From NCBI GenBank assembly GCA_030141605.1, contig JAQGDQ010000325.1, positions 124,001-188,000 of the forward strand: a DNA stretch of 64,000 nt, read 5' to 3'. This DNA comes from Tubiluchus corallicola. Taxonomy: Eukaryota > Animalia > Priapulida. Below the pieces are notes generated by a model. It was not told the origin of the DNA. It saw only the letters and a list, made by a program, of their open reading frames with translations, and did not search any database. A program made the position numbers and the translations under genes. This document shows positions 43,031-57,790 of this stretch, in pieces (the first letter of the stretch is position 1; each line of letters begins with the position of its first letter).

Positions 43031-43678
43031 CCCCCTGTTCTCTGTCCTTATCTCTTTGTTAATATTCTCTCCCACTCTATCTTTCACCTCTAGCTTCATA
43101 TTCTCCCATTCCTCTATTTTCCATCTTAATTCTCATCCTTTCCTTCCTGTCTAACCCTTTCCTTGCGTTACTACTATCAATCTCCCATCCGTTAGCACTG
43201 AATCTGAGTTTTCTTACATCCACCTTTCCACCCCCAATCCGGCAGAAGCCATTTTCAGCAACTTGTGCCGTCTCACATTTTTGGCGAACAGAAATTCCCA
43301 ACTCTTACAAAAACCCGTCGATTTTATTTGGCTTTTTACGAATTCCTGGAAATTGTTGTACAATTACTGCATTCGATAACCATAACCGATTTACTTTGCT
43401 GGTTGCTGCACATTATCTTTAATGGAGAAGCCCTGTAACTTCGCTTGTAAGCGCTCAGAGTTGAAACCTGGCTTCTTTATTAATGTCTTTCAACGTTTTG
43501 CTGGAATTTTACCTGGTAATTCAAAACAGCAGGTAGTTGGGAGAGTTGGACCACTTATAATCGACCAGGCAACTAAAATCTGCTAAAGAGTTAAAATAAA
43601 GCCATTCCTACTTCAGCAAAGTTGCAAATATTCGACGTATAGCAGACATCAGCACACGCAGCCACCTACCAATGTTAA

Positions 43679-44385
43679 AGGAAAGCAGGATGATTTTTCA
43701 TATCCTACCCCATTTTGAAATGCGTTAATAATATTCATTTTAATACCAGTATTAATGCCTAAAAAATTCTGCTAATTAAATAATAGGCTGAGAACTTAAT
43801 TAACGGAGTGGCGAGCCCAACTATTGATGACATCACAAACTAACATTATTTTCAACAGCAAAAATATTCCACAAGCGTGTTGCACGTGTTTGCAAAACCG
43901 AAAATTGAAGTACAGTGCTACTGTAAGATACTGAGTCTGTAAGATTGTAAGAGTCTTGTACTAGAACTAAGCAAGTTTTAAGTTCAAAATTCATGCTCAC
44001 GCAAGGGCTCTCTGCAGTGTGCACTACATATCAACTGAACACCTCTGAATTATGAGGCACACCACTTGCTAAAACTAAGCAAGTCTAAAGAGAAAAATTC
44101 AAATTTACTGCTATGCTAACGCATGAGCTGTCGAACGTGTGTAGTTTATCACAAACTAACGCATCTGAACGGAGATAGCACTGTTTTTTGTGCTATGCGT
44201 TTCCAAAATGCGGGATCTAGTGCCAGTCTAACTAGCGAATGACTAAATGCAACGAAGAACTAATGGTGAAAATGCAAAATTACCGTTCTGTGGTAATAAT
44301 TCATTTACGTAAGGTATTCTTGAGAAAGTAGCATGTTGGAGTAGATAATTTTGAATTGTAGTTTAAGATTGACTACGGTTTTGCC
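43679..44385 (+). mobile_element. TTAA-flanked MITE (Kolobok-like), family 1
   Basis: TTAA|AGGAAAGCAGGATGATTTTTCAT...GGTTTTGCC|TTAA; interior homologous to 55411-56015. Confidence 0.75.
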
Positions 44386-45044
44386 TTAAGATGCTACAAA
44401 CTGAAAGAAAGCATTAGACAAAAAGAAGATATTAGAGTCCACGTTACTAAAATGACATTCCAAAGTGCTAATGTATCGTTTCTTGGAAAAAAATCGTAAG
44501 AAAACAAAAGAGCATCTTAAGCCCTTAAAACGCGCAGAACAAAATGACAGCTGACAAAATTTCTGTTTATTTTCTTTCGTCAAACAAAAAAGAGTTTCTA
44601 CCATTCAAAAACGTCTTCTGAGCAAACAGCCATTTTCTTGTACAAATCTGAAATCTGAATGGACAAACGCACCGCCTGGTTAATTAAAATGCAGCGGCTT
44701 TGATGGCGCCTTGAAAGATGCGAAAACATGGCCGCTTTGCTGAATAAAGCGCAAAAGTTATTAGCAAAAAGATGTTAAGTCGAGGATTTGTGTTCGCATC
44801 TTTAACTGATTAACATGGCAAAAGGGCAAAGACGTGCACAAAGAAGCAGCCCTGGTAAAACATCAGAATCAGATTCCGAGTTTTTACTTTTTCCCATAAT
44901 AACAACGTTAAATGCAAATAAGTAATAGAATGGGCGGGGGAAAGCTAAAGTCAGCCACCCTTTTCAAGATGTAGGAACTAAAGATGTAGTAGCAATAATG
45001 TTGTTACTTAGTCTGTTGTTACTTAGTTGTTACTTAGGCTTTAA

Positions 45045-45713
45045 AGTACACGAAAACCCTTCATAAACTTAAAGCTGAAAATATTCGTCTTAAAATTTTA
45101 TATCGCTTACATACTGCCTTTTTGCATGCAGGACTTCAATCGACAGTCACGCTGTATAAAACATGTAAATTTAAACTCCCGCGATGACCGTTAGACGCAG
45201 CCATTTTCACGACAGGTCATTTGAAACAAGTTTAGATAACATTTTGTAAAGTTTTAAAAAATAATCAGAGCACTCGTAGCGCTCAAGTCACTAACTAAAT
45301 AAAATTTAAAATTAGTGTATCTTGTCAATAAGATTAAAAACACGTTTTTGGTTAGTGAGTGGTGCACCCTGGATGGTGAGTCAGCGACATTTTACCAATT
45401 GGTGAAAACATTTTAAATAATTAATAATTTTCTTTTTTAGTTACATAAGTCTTCCATCAGGTAAGCGAAAAGCTAATTAACATGGATTTGCAGCAAAGTT
45501 TTTTGGGACATAATTTAACATGTTGTTTTCTTCCCCTGATATTAGCGACGTCATGTAATGGCGACTTCGAAGCAGTAATGCGCGGCATTTAAAATGAAAA
45601 CAAACAAACATTCCCTTTAACGCGAGTACGATAACGCATAAAATTGCTATAAAGTAATATAACTTTTAAGGCGATTTTTCTGAAACCTACTTTAGGAACC
45701 CCTTTTTCTCCCT
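45045..45713 (+). mobile_element. TTAA-flanked MITE (Kolobok-like), family 2
   Basis: Colinear, highly similar copy of 34631-35339 with TTAA on both sides. Related fragments lie near 17580-17900, 47375-47606 and 62345-62650. Confidence 0.8.
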
Positions 45714-45995
45714 TTAATGTTTTTATTTCGGTAATGGGTCTCATTTTGCTTACTCTGTCACGGGATGTTACTTATTACGCGAAAAACTGCTGCTTAATAT
45801 GAAATTTCATTATAATAGCAAGAAAGAGTGCCATCTGTTAGGTAAGAATGCATTTAAATTTCAAATGTCCTAAAATTGTAGTTACTGTTCTATATTCTTG
45901 CTCACCAGCAAATTTGCTAGCCGATACGTGAGACATACACGTCGGCCTATCATTCCAACTCACAACATTATTGATTTTTATTTCACTTTTTTCAG

Positions 45996-46265
45996 CTGAT
46001 GGTTTAGACTTTGTCAGAGACAACTATCGTGTGAGCATTCCAAAAAACCTGCCAACGAACATTAGTTTTCTAGAAATTCACATTCTCCTAGTCGATGATC
46101 TTATTCCTATTGAAAGCATTGCTGTGACATTGATGGGAGATCCGTCGAATGCTTCAGCAGTAGACGAGAACGTCGAGGATTTGTTTGGCATCAGGAGGAA
46201 GGATTATGACGACAGGGCTAACGTGTTTGAAGTCTTCTTGAACAACGACATTCCAAATGATTTAG
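45996..46265 (+). CDS. RET: RET-like receptor tyrosine kinase, coding exon 2 (cadherin-like domain 1)
   Basis: Acceptor cacttttttcag, donor G|GTAAGA, 270 nt, phase 1/1. Encodes DGLDFVRDNYRVSIPKNLPTNISFLEI..., a cadherin-type N-terminus. Confidence 0.85.
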
Positions 46266-46277
46266 GTAAGAAAAGTA

Positions 46278-46665
46278 AGCCCTTTCACAGCTTCGTTGTA
46301 TGCATGCGCAGTTGCTGTAGGCCAAAGGTTACGTGTGCCACAGTAACGCGTCTTAACTGCAACCGTCACGTGACAGCAGTGTAAAGCAAAGCCGTCTGTT
46401 GCGTTAGTTCAGTAACTTCAACTGTTTTGCACAGACTTTACTTAGTTATGCATTAGTCTGTGTGTAGAGTGATTTACTAGCTGAATTTTGTCGGGGAACA
46501 AGAAAAAAATGAACTAGGTAAGATTCTAGCTAGCTGTTAAAATGGTTACTATTACAACAGCATGGGCTGCGAGGCATTGTCAAGTGTACACAAATGTGCT
46601 GTCTGGTACACTCAACCTTTGACCTTTTCACGATCATCATCAATCGCCGGAACTGTGAAATGGCT
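46278..46665 (+). mobile_element. TA-flanked MITE with AGCC...GGCT termini, starting 13 nt after RET exon 2
   Basis: TA|AGCCCTTTCACAG...CTGTGAAATGGCT|TA. Homologues at 15154-16227, 31405-31842, about 21995-22070 and 24440-24580. Confidence 0.78.
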
Positions 46666-46879
46666 TATTACATTAATTACAAAGAATTACAAATAATTTA
46701 TTGCAGAGAAATAAAGAATTTTCTTGACGTGCTCCATGTTGCTATAAAAGTGAGACCAAACGTAAGGTGCGAATCATGCACATGTATGGAGTTTATTCCT
46801 GTTTCCCAAAGGGGAAGAAAAGGGAATTTTAAAGTTTATCCTTAAAAAACTTTGATTACAACATTATATTACTTAGCAT

Positions 46880-47372
46880 TAAACTTAACTGCTTTAAAGA
46901 CTTGTGTAATTGGAGAAGAAAATTCTTATAATAATTTAAAATAGTTTTAAATTTGACAGCTGTTAAATTGTCACTGTGAACCATCCCAGTGTGCACCACT
47001 GATTCACTAAAAACATTATTGATCTTATTGATGTAAGGTTTGAAAAACTTAACTGCTTGAAAGCCTTATGTAATTGGAAAAGAAAATTCATATAATAATT
47101 TAAAATAGTTTTAAATTTGACAGCTGTTAAATTATCACTGTGAACCATCCCAGTGTGCACCACCGATACACTAAAAAATATTATTGATTTTATTGACGTA
47201 AAGTTTGAAAAACTTAACTGCTTGAAAGACTTACGTAATTGGAAAAGAAAATTCTTATAATAATTTAAAATAGTTTTAAATTTGACAGTTGCTAAATTGT
47301 CACTGTGAACCATCCCAGTGTGCACCACTGATTCACTAAAACATTATTGATCTTATTGACGTAAAGTTTGAA
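46880..47372. repeat. About 165-bp tandem repeat, 3 copies
   Basis: aaacttaactgct...cactgtgaaccatcccagtgtgcaccac repeated at about 46881, 47046 and 47210. Confidence 0.88.
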
Positions 47373-50051
47373 AAGATAATCAGAGCATTCGTAGCCCATT
47401 CTTGGCTATCCAAACAAAAGTTTGAATTAGTTTATATTCTCAATAAGATGGTGATGGCACGATCTTCAGTTTGCACGAATATTTTAAATTATTATTAAGA
47501 ATCTTTTCCTAAATATACAAGTTTTCAAACACGTAAGCATAATGCCTTGGAATATAACTTTGTATGTAAAAATTCATATATTTTAAAACCCTTTTCTTTC
47601 CCTTTAAAAAATAAGGTTTTTAGCATACTGATGCTGGTCACTTACTGTGTTAAAGGATAAATTATAGGCTCATCTTAGAGGTGTTATCTGTGGTAATTGC
47701 TAGAGTTCTAAGATGCTAGAACTACTACATATCAGCACAAAAGTAATAATATGTAAAGCATTGGATGATCGTTCGCAGTGTTGCCTAACTGCATAAGGAA
47801 ATAGTAATTTAAAGATTGTGAAATGATGAATTAAACTCACTTTTATTATTAACTTTCAAAATCAAACGCGAATGAAATGAAAAAGTGTGTAAAAATTAGG
47901 ATTGAGTATGACCCTAAAGGTCCCAAGTTTGAATCCAGACATGTCCTGTCTTTTTCAAAAGTTTACTTTCACATTAAATTGGCTTCAGAAATTGTTTTAT
48001 CAACTTCAGGACCGTAAGCTTTTGCTGCTTTTTGAATGGGTTCATGAAAAACTGCTCTTACTAAACAGCGATTATGTTATATTTGATAATTTTTGTATAT
48101 TTCTACTCCTCACACAATAGATTTTCGTGCAAAATTATATGTGAAATGCATTTAACTGCCTCAGACAAACTAGAAATCGATTTTTGACGAAAAAAATGAA
48201 AAAAGTTTTCAATAACTGCAGTGTTTGTGTGAAATCAGCTAATGATAAAAAATTACAACTATCCGGACACAACACTATGATGTGCTTTACGTTTAGTCTA
48301 GTTTATCCTATTTTTAAGGAGAAATAGCTGTTAAAAGATGAAACGGCATTAATTTTTCCTTGGCTGATCGGCTGGTTTTTCCTGGAACTCTGTACAGCAT
48401 ACAGTTCTCCTAGGGCTGCAGCAAGCAGGCGATCAATAAAATAGTGTGTACGTTAACGCGAGTATACACCACACTAAGCTACTCAATAGGCTAAGTTGTG
48501 TTTTTCTTAATTTTTTTCAAATAAATCACTTATAAATGTTTAAACAAGTAGAATGACTGGATAGCCGAGATTCTCCTGAATAGAACAGTACCTAATTTGT
48601 AATCATTTAGTTATGTCTGTGCTCATACAGTAGCAGAAATGATCTAGGTTATAAGACAAATTTTGAAAGATGCGTCTCAAAGTTGTTAATCATCAAAATA
48701 CCTCTTCTATTCAATGTCAGCTGGCAGTCATAACATGGCATCACGTGATGTCACGTGATCATTATTATTTTCACTTCCAGGGATTTTTATTAGAGCCCCA
48801 CAAGTCGTATGAATTATGACCCAATATTGTAATTACCAAATGAAACGCATGTAATACTGGTCCCTGGACGCGCAGCTGCTAATACTTTATTAGCGGTTTT
48901 ATGGCGCATTTTACGCTAATTCAGCGGAATTCTAGCCTTGAAAACTCGCAGACCCATATACTACGAATAGCAGGTGGTACGGGAAACTTCCAGGAAATTT
49001 CTGCGCTGATTTTTGCGTATTTATGCGATTAGTTTATAGTTCCTGCATACGGTGGAAACTGGGGTGCGGGTAGTAGACTGTACCGCACAGCGACATTTGA
49101 AACTAAGTTCTGCAGCGAGTGGCAACACTTTTATCTCTTTTATTTATTACATCAATTTATTTAGTTATTAAGTTATTTATTTATTTATTAATTATCAAAA
49201 GTGATTTTTTTCTCTTTGTAAAATTTTATTATATTTCTTGTTATAATCAAAATTGTTGAAATCACATTTCACACTAGTAGCGGAATGTAAGAAAACTGCA
49301 GTGTTTTATTCGTTGTCATAAAATCTCACCAAACATGGTGGTTTATAACAGCAAAATATAGAAGTTAATTGTAAGTACTCCTAAACTGCACTTAATTACA
49401 GACAGCTTGTCTTTTTGACCAACTGAAGTTACAGGCTTTGCAGAAATTCAACAGTAAATCACGTGACTACGAATACTAATTGCTATTGGACAGGTACATG
49501 AAAGGAAAACCGGACATTCAAGTTGCGGGCAAGTTAGAGGGTGGTTCCGTCTGAGGGGGCCAAGTAATATCATTAGGCTAGGGGCCCCGAAATTTATAAT
49601 CCTATCATAGGCCTACAGAAATAATTTTATTTTGTATGCAAATATAATCACTACTTTTAATTACAGTATAATAGGCCAAGTTTCTATATTTGCTATTTGT
49701 ACTTGACTTTCGATCTCTAGTTTTACCTGGTTGGTTTCTTAGTTACCTGTGGTTACCTGTAAAAATCTAATGCGGGGACTTTGACAGGTAATTCAATGTT
49801 ACTCGAGTTTCCATCAAACGATTCAATCAACTCAGGTAATTAATGCTGTTAAGCGATGTGAAGCTGCAAGGTTTTACCTGTCAGATTTACCTGTGACAGG
49901 TTTGACAGGTGAGCTAATACCTTTCACCTGAATTGCCACGCATAAAACGTTTGTTATCATTCCATTAAGTATCATATGTTTCTTTTGAGGGCTTATAGAC
50001 AACATGGCTATACGTAAGGCTAAAACAACTCTGTACTTCAGTATTTGTTGG

Positions 50052-50663
50052 TCATCATCATCATCGTCATCATCATCATCATCATCGTCATCATCATCAT
50101 TATCATCATCATCGTCGTCGTCGTCGTCGTCGTCGTCATCATCATCTTCTTCTTCATCATCATCACTATCACCACCACCACTACAATCATCATCATCATC
50201 ATCGTCTTCACCTTCACCATCACGACCACCACTACCATCGTCATCATCATCATCATTTTCATCTTCATCTTCATCTTCATCTTCATCTTCATCTTCATCT
50301 TCATCTTCATCATCATCATCATCACCATTGTCTCCATCGTCATCATCATCATCGTTGTTATATTAATTATCTTCACCACATCACGTTATCGTTGTTATCA
50401 TCAGCTTGCTGTTGCTGTAATCGTCAAAATTGACATCATTTTGTTTTACATCATCATCATTGTCATCACCATCGCCATCATCATTGACATTATTATCATT
50501 ATTATTACCTTTATTATTATCACTATTATCATCAGACCACTAGCTTCACCATCGCCATCATCACTGAGATCATCATCATCATCGTCGTCGTTGTCATCAT
50601 CATCATCATCATCGTCGTCGTCGTCGTCGTCGTCGTCATCATCATCATCATCATCATCATCAT
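50052..50663. repeat. (ATC)n-based low-complexity tract
   Basis: Direct reading. Confidence 0.93.
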
Positions 50664-51637
50664 GTAATATGTTCTTCGCTCTATTGTTTCATTCTAAGGA
50701 TTTGGCATTCAGGTGTAATAACTTCTGCGCACTTTCATAAAAAGTTCAGGAGATGGTGAAAGTAGCGCTGTAACCAGTGTTGGTAGTACGTATAAGGTGG
50801 TGATACCTAATGATGAGAAAAGACATATTAGTGGTAGTGGCTATTAAGAAGCCTTAAAATTTGATTAAGATAGTGTGAAATTCATAATTTCTGAAAGACG
50901 ATGATGATAACGATGATGAAATATTAGACACGATTCCAAGCACTCGTGTGAGATTTTGAAGTGACTGAATTTAACAAAATTTAATTAAAACATCGTAGTC
51001 ATGGAGGTAAAGCTTAAATAAAATATTAATTAGCGTAGGCTGCAGTGTCTCAGTAATCCAAATACGCCACAGACTCCACTAGCAATAATTGATGTTGTGT
51101 AAACAATGGGGACAAGGGATTGTGCAGAAAGATGGCAACCATTGTTTACATTGTTCTCTAAATGTTCTATTAGAATTTATGATGTCAATATTTATATTAG
51201 CCTGTAATGAGTTTCCGCAGACGTATTATAGGGCATTAGCTCTAAGCCTTGTGTTTTTGCTACTGCCAGTCACTGTGCGCTGTCGTCATTTGTTTGACAG
51301 GCGAACGTTGTCAGTAACTGGGAAGTTTGACAAGGTGACATGTCGGCTTTTACTTATGCGCGTTTGTGATAAAATATTCGTTTCAAAACTCATTATGGGT
51401 AATTTCTAGCCATTGCGAAACCTTTCAAGATGCCGACGCTACTAGGTAAATTAGTAAAAGTGACTTTGAAACGCGTCTCCGTATTGCTTTGCGTTTTGAA
51501 ATCCTCCATTAAAGCCATACAGCTAGAAACAAACTTAGTAAACAAGTTGGCTGTTATGTGGTAACATGTGAATTTTCAACGATTTCAAGACATTTTTTGA
51601 ATTATTTGCTTTCGTTTTGCTCTATTGTGCCATGCCC

Positions 51638-52370
51638 AGTCCTGTCCTGTCCTGTCCTGTCCTGTCCTGTCCTGTCCTGTCCTGTCCTGTCCTGTCCTGT
51701 CCTGTCCTGTCCTGTCCTGTCCTGTCCTGTTCCGTCCTGGCCATCCCGTCCCGTCTTGTCCTGCCCTGCCCTGCCCTGCCCTGCCCTGCCTGCCCTCCGC
51801 CCTGCCCTGCCCTGCCCTGCCCTGTCCTGTCCTGCCCTGCCCTGCCCTGCCCTGCCCTGCCCTGCCCTGCCCAGCATTGCCCTACTCTGCCCTGCCCTGT
51901 CCTGCCCTGCCCTGCCCTGCCCTGCCCTGTCCTGTCCTGTCCTGTCCTGTCCTGTCCTGTCCTGTCCTGTCCTGTCCTGTCCTGTCCTGTCCTGTCCTGT
52001 CCTGTCCTGTCCTGTCCTGTCCTGTCCTGTCCTGTCCTGCCCTGCCCTGCCCTGTCCTGTCCTGTCCTGTCCTGTCCTGTCCTGTCCTGTCCTGTCCTGT
52101 CCTGTCCTGTCCTGTCCTGTCCTGTCCTGTCCTGTCCTGTCCTGTCCTGTCCTGTCCTGTCCTGTCCTGTCCTGTCCTGTCCTGTTCCGTCCTGGCCATC
52201 CCGTCCCGTCTTGTCCTGCCCTGCCCTGCCCTGCCCTGCCCTGCTCCGCCCTGCCCTGCCCTGCCCTGCCCTGTCCTGCCCTGTTCTGTCCTGTCCTGTC
52301 CTGTCCTGTCCTGCCCTGCCCTGCCCTGCCCTGCCCTGCCCTGCCCTGCCCTGTCCTGTCCTGCCCTATC
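51638..52370. repeat. (CCTGT)n/(CCTGC)n pentanucleotide tract
   Basis: Direct reading; source of the PVLSC and GQDRT ORFs. Confidence 0.95.
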
Positions 52371-52948
52371 CCGTTCTGTTCTAATCTACCCAAAGCCTTC
52401 AACCTTGTTTTATATTCCAGGTTTACATCTAGCCTATAAGAATCAGAGATAATTGTGCTTGCAAGAAAAATTTGTCAAAAGGGAATTTAGAAGCAGCTGC
52501 TTTTTCACTGTCAAATAAACCAAAACTTATTCTCGATAATAAAACGCATTTAAGCAATCACAACCGGATTTAGCATTTCCGTACCATATGCTTAAATTGT
52601 CTAATTGTGCTATTTGTATTAGTACCTTGCATCCGAATGACTTGTGTGCCTAAAACACTTGGTACCCAAATGTGTCTAAATATTCTACGTGTCCAAAATA
52701 TCTGATCACCAAGATTGATCTCTGTCCATATGCTTAGTATCCTAATATTTTATGTCTCCAAAACACATAATGACCCATTACATTCTGTGCTTGTGTTCAA
52801 ACAACCTACATGTCCCAAATTAGCCTGTGTCTAAACAACACGCGTTTCCAAGCTGAACTGCATACATGTGCAAAATGTACCACCACAGCTCCCAAAATCC
52901 TACAATGTTCATTAAGCTTCTCGAACATATTCACATTTTGCTTTTCAG

Positions 52949-53251
52949 ACACCAATGCGACATTTGTGTTACGTGCCATTGGAGAGGTGCTTGACCATTC
53001 CTCCCTACCAGCTGACGTTCTCCAAGTCTCACTTGAACCATTTAATACTACAATTGTGGTATCAGTTGATGCAACATTCGACTGTTCAAGAATCAGAGAA
53101 GAAGAATACGACGAGATATGCTTTGGAGAAGATGTTGACAATTTACATGTTGGTGATACGATATCAGTGAGAAATCAGAGTATATACAGATTTGGCAAGA
53201 TTTGGTATCCGAAAATTTGTCCTCATCTGAGCTTGCGATATGAACTTGCAG
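52949..53251 (+). CDS. RET: RET-like receptor tyrosine kinase, coding exon 3 (CLD1/CLD2 junction)
   Basis: Acceptor ttttgcttttcag. DCSRIREEEYDEICF...PKICPHLSLRYELA resembles human ACSSLKPRELCF...QFLCPNISVAYRLLE. Best donor is CAG|GCAAGT (GC); 303 nt, phase 1/1. Confidence 0.88.
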
Positions 53252-53295
53252 GCAAGTGTAGGAACTAAGCAAAGAGAACGTGAGAGAAATATTAA

Positions 53296-53303
53296 TTATG
53301 ATG

Positions 53304-53335
<32 letters not shown>

Positions 53336-53755
53336 GATGAAGATGATGAAGATTATGATGGTGGTGGTGGTGATTATGTTGATGATGATGGTGACGATGA
53401 TGACGATGATGATGAAGATGATGATGGTGATGATGAAAACGACGATGATGATAATTATGATGATGATGCATGATGATGGTGATGACCTGGTATTGGTCTG
53501 GTAGTGATAGCGGTCTTGATGTTGGTGATGGTTGTGTTAATGATAATGGTGACGATGATGATAGGTATGTTGGTGGTGGTGGAGATATCACCTATGACAT
53601 TAATGATGGTTATGATTATGACGTCAGTTGCAATGACAATGATGCTGGTCAAAATAAGAGTGACAACGATAATAATGATAGTGATAATGATGGTGATTGT
53701 GCTAGTGATGATAATGGCAGTAGTGGAGATGATGGCGATGATGACAATGATAATG
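53296..53755. repeat. Degenerate (GAT)n tract inside the probable GC-AG intron
   Basis: Direct reading; lies between RET exons 3 and 4. Confidence 0.9.
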
Positions 53756-53936
53756 GAAATAAAAATTTGTACTCCATTTGCATATGCCAAGAATGCAAAA
53801 ACTGTGATTTTTTTCAAAGCACAGTATGAAAATGATAAAACAAATGGAAATTGTTTATTAGTAATCAGACATAGACGTAATCATTTCACCAGCTTATTAA
53901 GGATCTGTGGCTCTAAACTGTCATTTTGTTTAACAG

Positions 53937-54238
53937 CAACAAACATGTCTAGTGAATCAAGATTTAGAGAATCAAGAAAATCAAGTCGAAGAGAAGTGAA
54001 CAGAGAAGGGGAATTCATACGAGTTGCAATACCAGGCTATCCAGATCGGCCAACTGCCACCTCTTCGCTCGAAGTCTTGTGTCACGTGACCACGGAAGGT
54101 AGGCACCAGAAGCACCCAGAGCGCATCTTCTATGCCAGGAAGTTCAATGTAACAACCACAGATGTAAATAATCATGGTCCAGAGTTCCAGTTTGACTTCC
54201 CATTGGTTCACATGTTGAAATATAGGAATATAGCATGG
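53937..54238 (+). CDS. RET: RET-like receptor tyrosine kinase, coding exon 4 (CLD2)
   Basis: Acceptor ttttgtttaacag, donor TGG|GTAAGT, 302 nt, phase 1/0. Contains LEVLCHV and FNVTTTDVNNHGPEF (cadherin DxNDxxPxF linker; human FPVTVYDEDDSAPTF). Confidence 0.88.
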
Positions 54239-54317
54239 GTAAGTAGACAAAAACAATTAAAGAAGAAAGAGTAAAATTAATCACGACAGAAGTTCAACTA
54301 TTGTGTATAGGCTCTTC

Positions 54318-54530
54318 TTATTTGGGATTAACTGTACTCTTTGTATTTGGGATTAACTGTACTGTTGCTGGTTGTGATTAACTGTACTCTTTCTATAGTT
54401 GGGATTAACTGTACTCTTTCTATAGTTTTGATTAACTGTACTCTTGCCATTTGTGATTAACTGTAGTGTTTCTATTTGGGATTAACTGTAGTCTTCCTAG
54501 TTGGGATTAACTCTACTCTTGCTCTTTGGC
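54318..54530. repeat. About 30-bp degenerate minisatellite
   Basis: Recurrent gattaactgtact. Confidence 0.8.
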
Positions 54531-55158
54531 ATTAAGTATAGTCGCAAACAAAAGTATAGTCCAAGCAAAGTAGTACAGGCTACTACACAAATAGGGAAAG
54601 TAGTGCACAAATACTTTACTATAAATATTTTGTCATTAAATAGGTAACACTGTAAACTTAGCATTATGCTGTTTGCAGTATGGTAACTGCATTTTGCAGT
54701 ACTATACTGCTGTTTGCAGTATATATCGAGCAGAGACAGTGGATTTTAGTTTTCTTTTCGTTCATTTTATTCAACACAGTTGGGCAAAGAGCTCTGAGCA
54801 TGACAAGTCGACAGTGAGGGCCAAACGTTTTTGCAATTTTTTTTGCAACAAAAGCGTTTTACTGCTGTAGGAACCCAACTGATCTGATGTAAACCCTTCA
54901 ACTTAAAAAACAGTTCAGTGTGTCTTATAAAACACTTCTGTTGGCATATATTATTATTATTGATGTATGTATGTATGAACACTAGTCAGGCCTATCAACT
55001 TATCAATACTGTTATTTAGCTGAAAAAGTTGTAAGGTAAAATAAATTTAGTAACTTTTTCACCTTGGATGCCAAATTGAAGTAATCTTGGGCGTGAAGAC
55101 AATACGGCAGTCTTCAAGGACGTCTTTAAAAAACTTTCATGCTACATAAAGTAAATTA

Positions 55159-55395
<237 letters not shown>

Positions 55396-55410
55396 AGCTT
55401 TGATATTTAA

Positions 55411-56015
55411 AGGAAGTCAGGATGATTTTTCATGCACTAACATATTTTCAAGTACGGTAAAAGGTATATATTTTAACACCAATAATACTGCACAAGCATT
55501 TCCGATAATTAAAATTATTAATAGAATAAAATCTTAGTTAACGGTGGGCGACCCCAACTAGTGATGACATCACAAACTAACTAAATTTTCAACAGCAAAA
55601 ACATTTCACAGGCGTATTGAACGTGTTTGTGAAAACGAAAATTAAAGTGCAGTCTACTGTAAGATATTCAGTGTGTTGTACTAAAACTAAGCAAAATTAA
55701 AATAAAAATTCAAATATCAAATTTAGCACCGTGCTCACGCATGAGCTGTCGAACGTGTGCAGTTCGTCACAAACTAACAATTCTGAGCTGAGAGATACAG
55801 CACCTGTTTTTTGCAATGCGTTTTCGAAATGTAGTCGCCAGTCCCCGTCTAACTAGCGAATGGCGAAATGTATGTAAACAGTGCGCGAAGAACTAGTGGC
55901 ACGAAATTGTGTTTTGTGGTAATAATTCTTTCATGTAAGTCATTCTTTAAAAAATAATGTGTTTCCTTTCAATATTTTAAATAATAGCTTATTTTGACGT
56001 AAGTTTAACATTGCT
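55411..56015 (+). mobile_element. TTAA-flanked MITE (Kolobok-like), family 1
   Basis: TTAA|AGGAAGTCAGGATGATTTTTCAT...TTGCT|TTAA; shares gatgacatcacaaactaac and catgagctgtcgaacgtgtg blocks with the other copies. Confidence 0.75.
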
Positions 56016-56156
56016 TTAATGTAAAAATAGGTATTAGAGTAATTGAGTTAGCTAGAGCAGATTTCTGACAGTGTCCGAGCGGCTATCGAGTGTGCATGCC
56101 TGGCGGTTGTTGTTCTAGCAACAATGAAGAAAGTAATTTGGATATTTTCATTTCAG

Positions 56157-56319
56157 AATCAAGCACTCGTAGTCTTTAATAAGGGACAGCTTTTGATAAA
56201 AGACTTGGACACTAACAATGTGGAGGCGTATAAAGTATTCGTAGAGGACGACCCATTAGAAATTTTCAATGTGACAATTCAAGATGCTTTCGATCTACCT
56301 TTGACAGTTATGCACGCAG
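56157..56319 (+). CDS. RET: RET-like receptor tyrosine kinase, coding exon 5 (CLD3, N-terminal part)
   Basis: Acceptor ttttcatttcag, donor G|GTATAT, 163 nt, phase 0/1. LLIKDLDT carries the cadherin DxD motif (human LRVFDADV). Confidence 0.85.
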
Positions 56320-56455
56320 GTATATCCACTTTACTTTCTTTTAGTCGTTCTTTTACGAAGGTGATATGTTTCTGGATGTTTTTGATCCTCCTTCCCTTTT
56401 CCGCGCTCTGTCATTGTTTGTTTATCTATGTGTCCCTTTAATTTGCCCCCTTTGC

Positions 56456-57790
<1,335 letters not shown>

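Noticed and set aside
53470-53829. Asp-rich ORF ending in CICQECKNC
   Set aside because: It lies in the degenerate GAT tract of a RET intron, with no matching splice sites.
56320-56441. Hydrophobic read-through after RET exon 5 as a membrane-anchored short isoform
   Set aside because: T-rich intron sequence gives such tails by chance; no evidence without transcripts.
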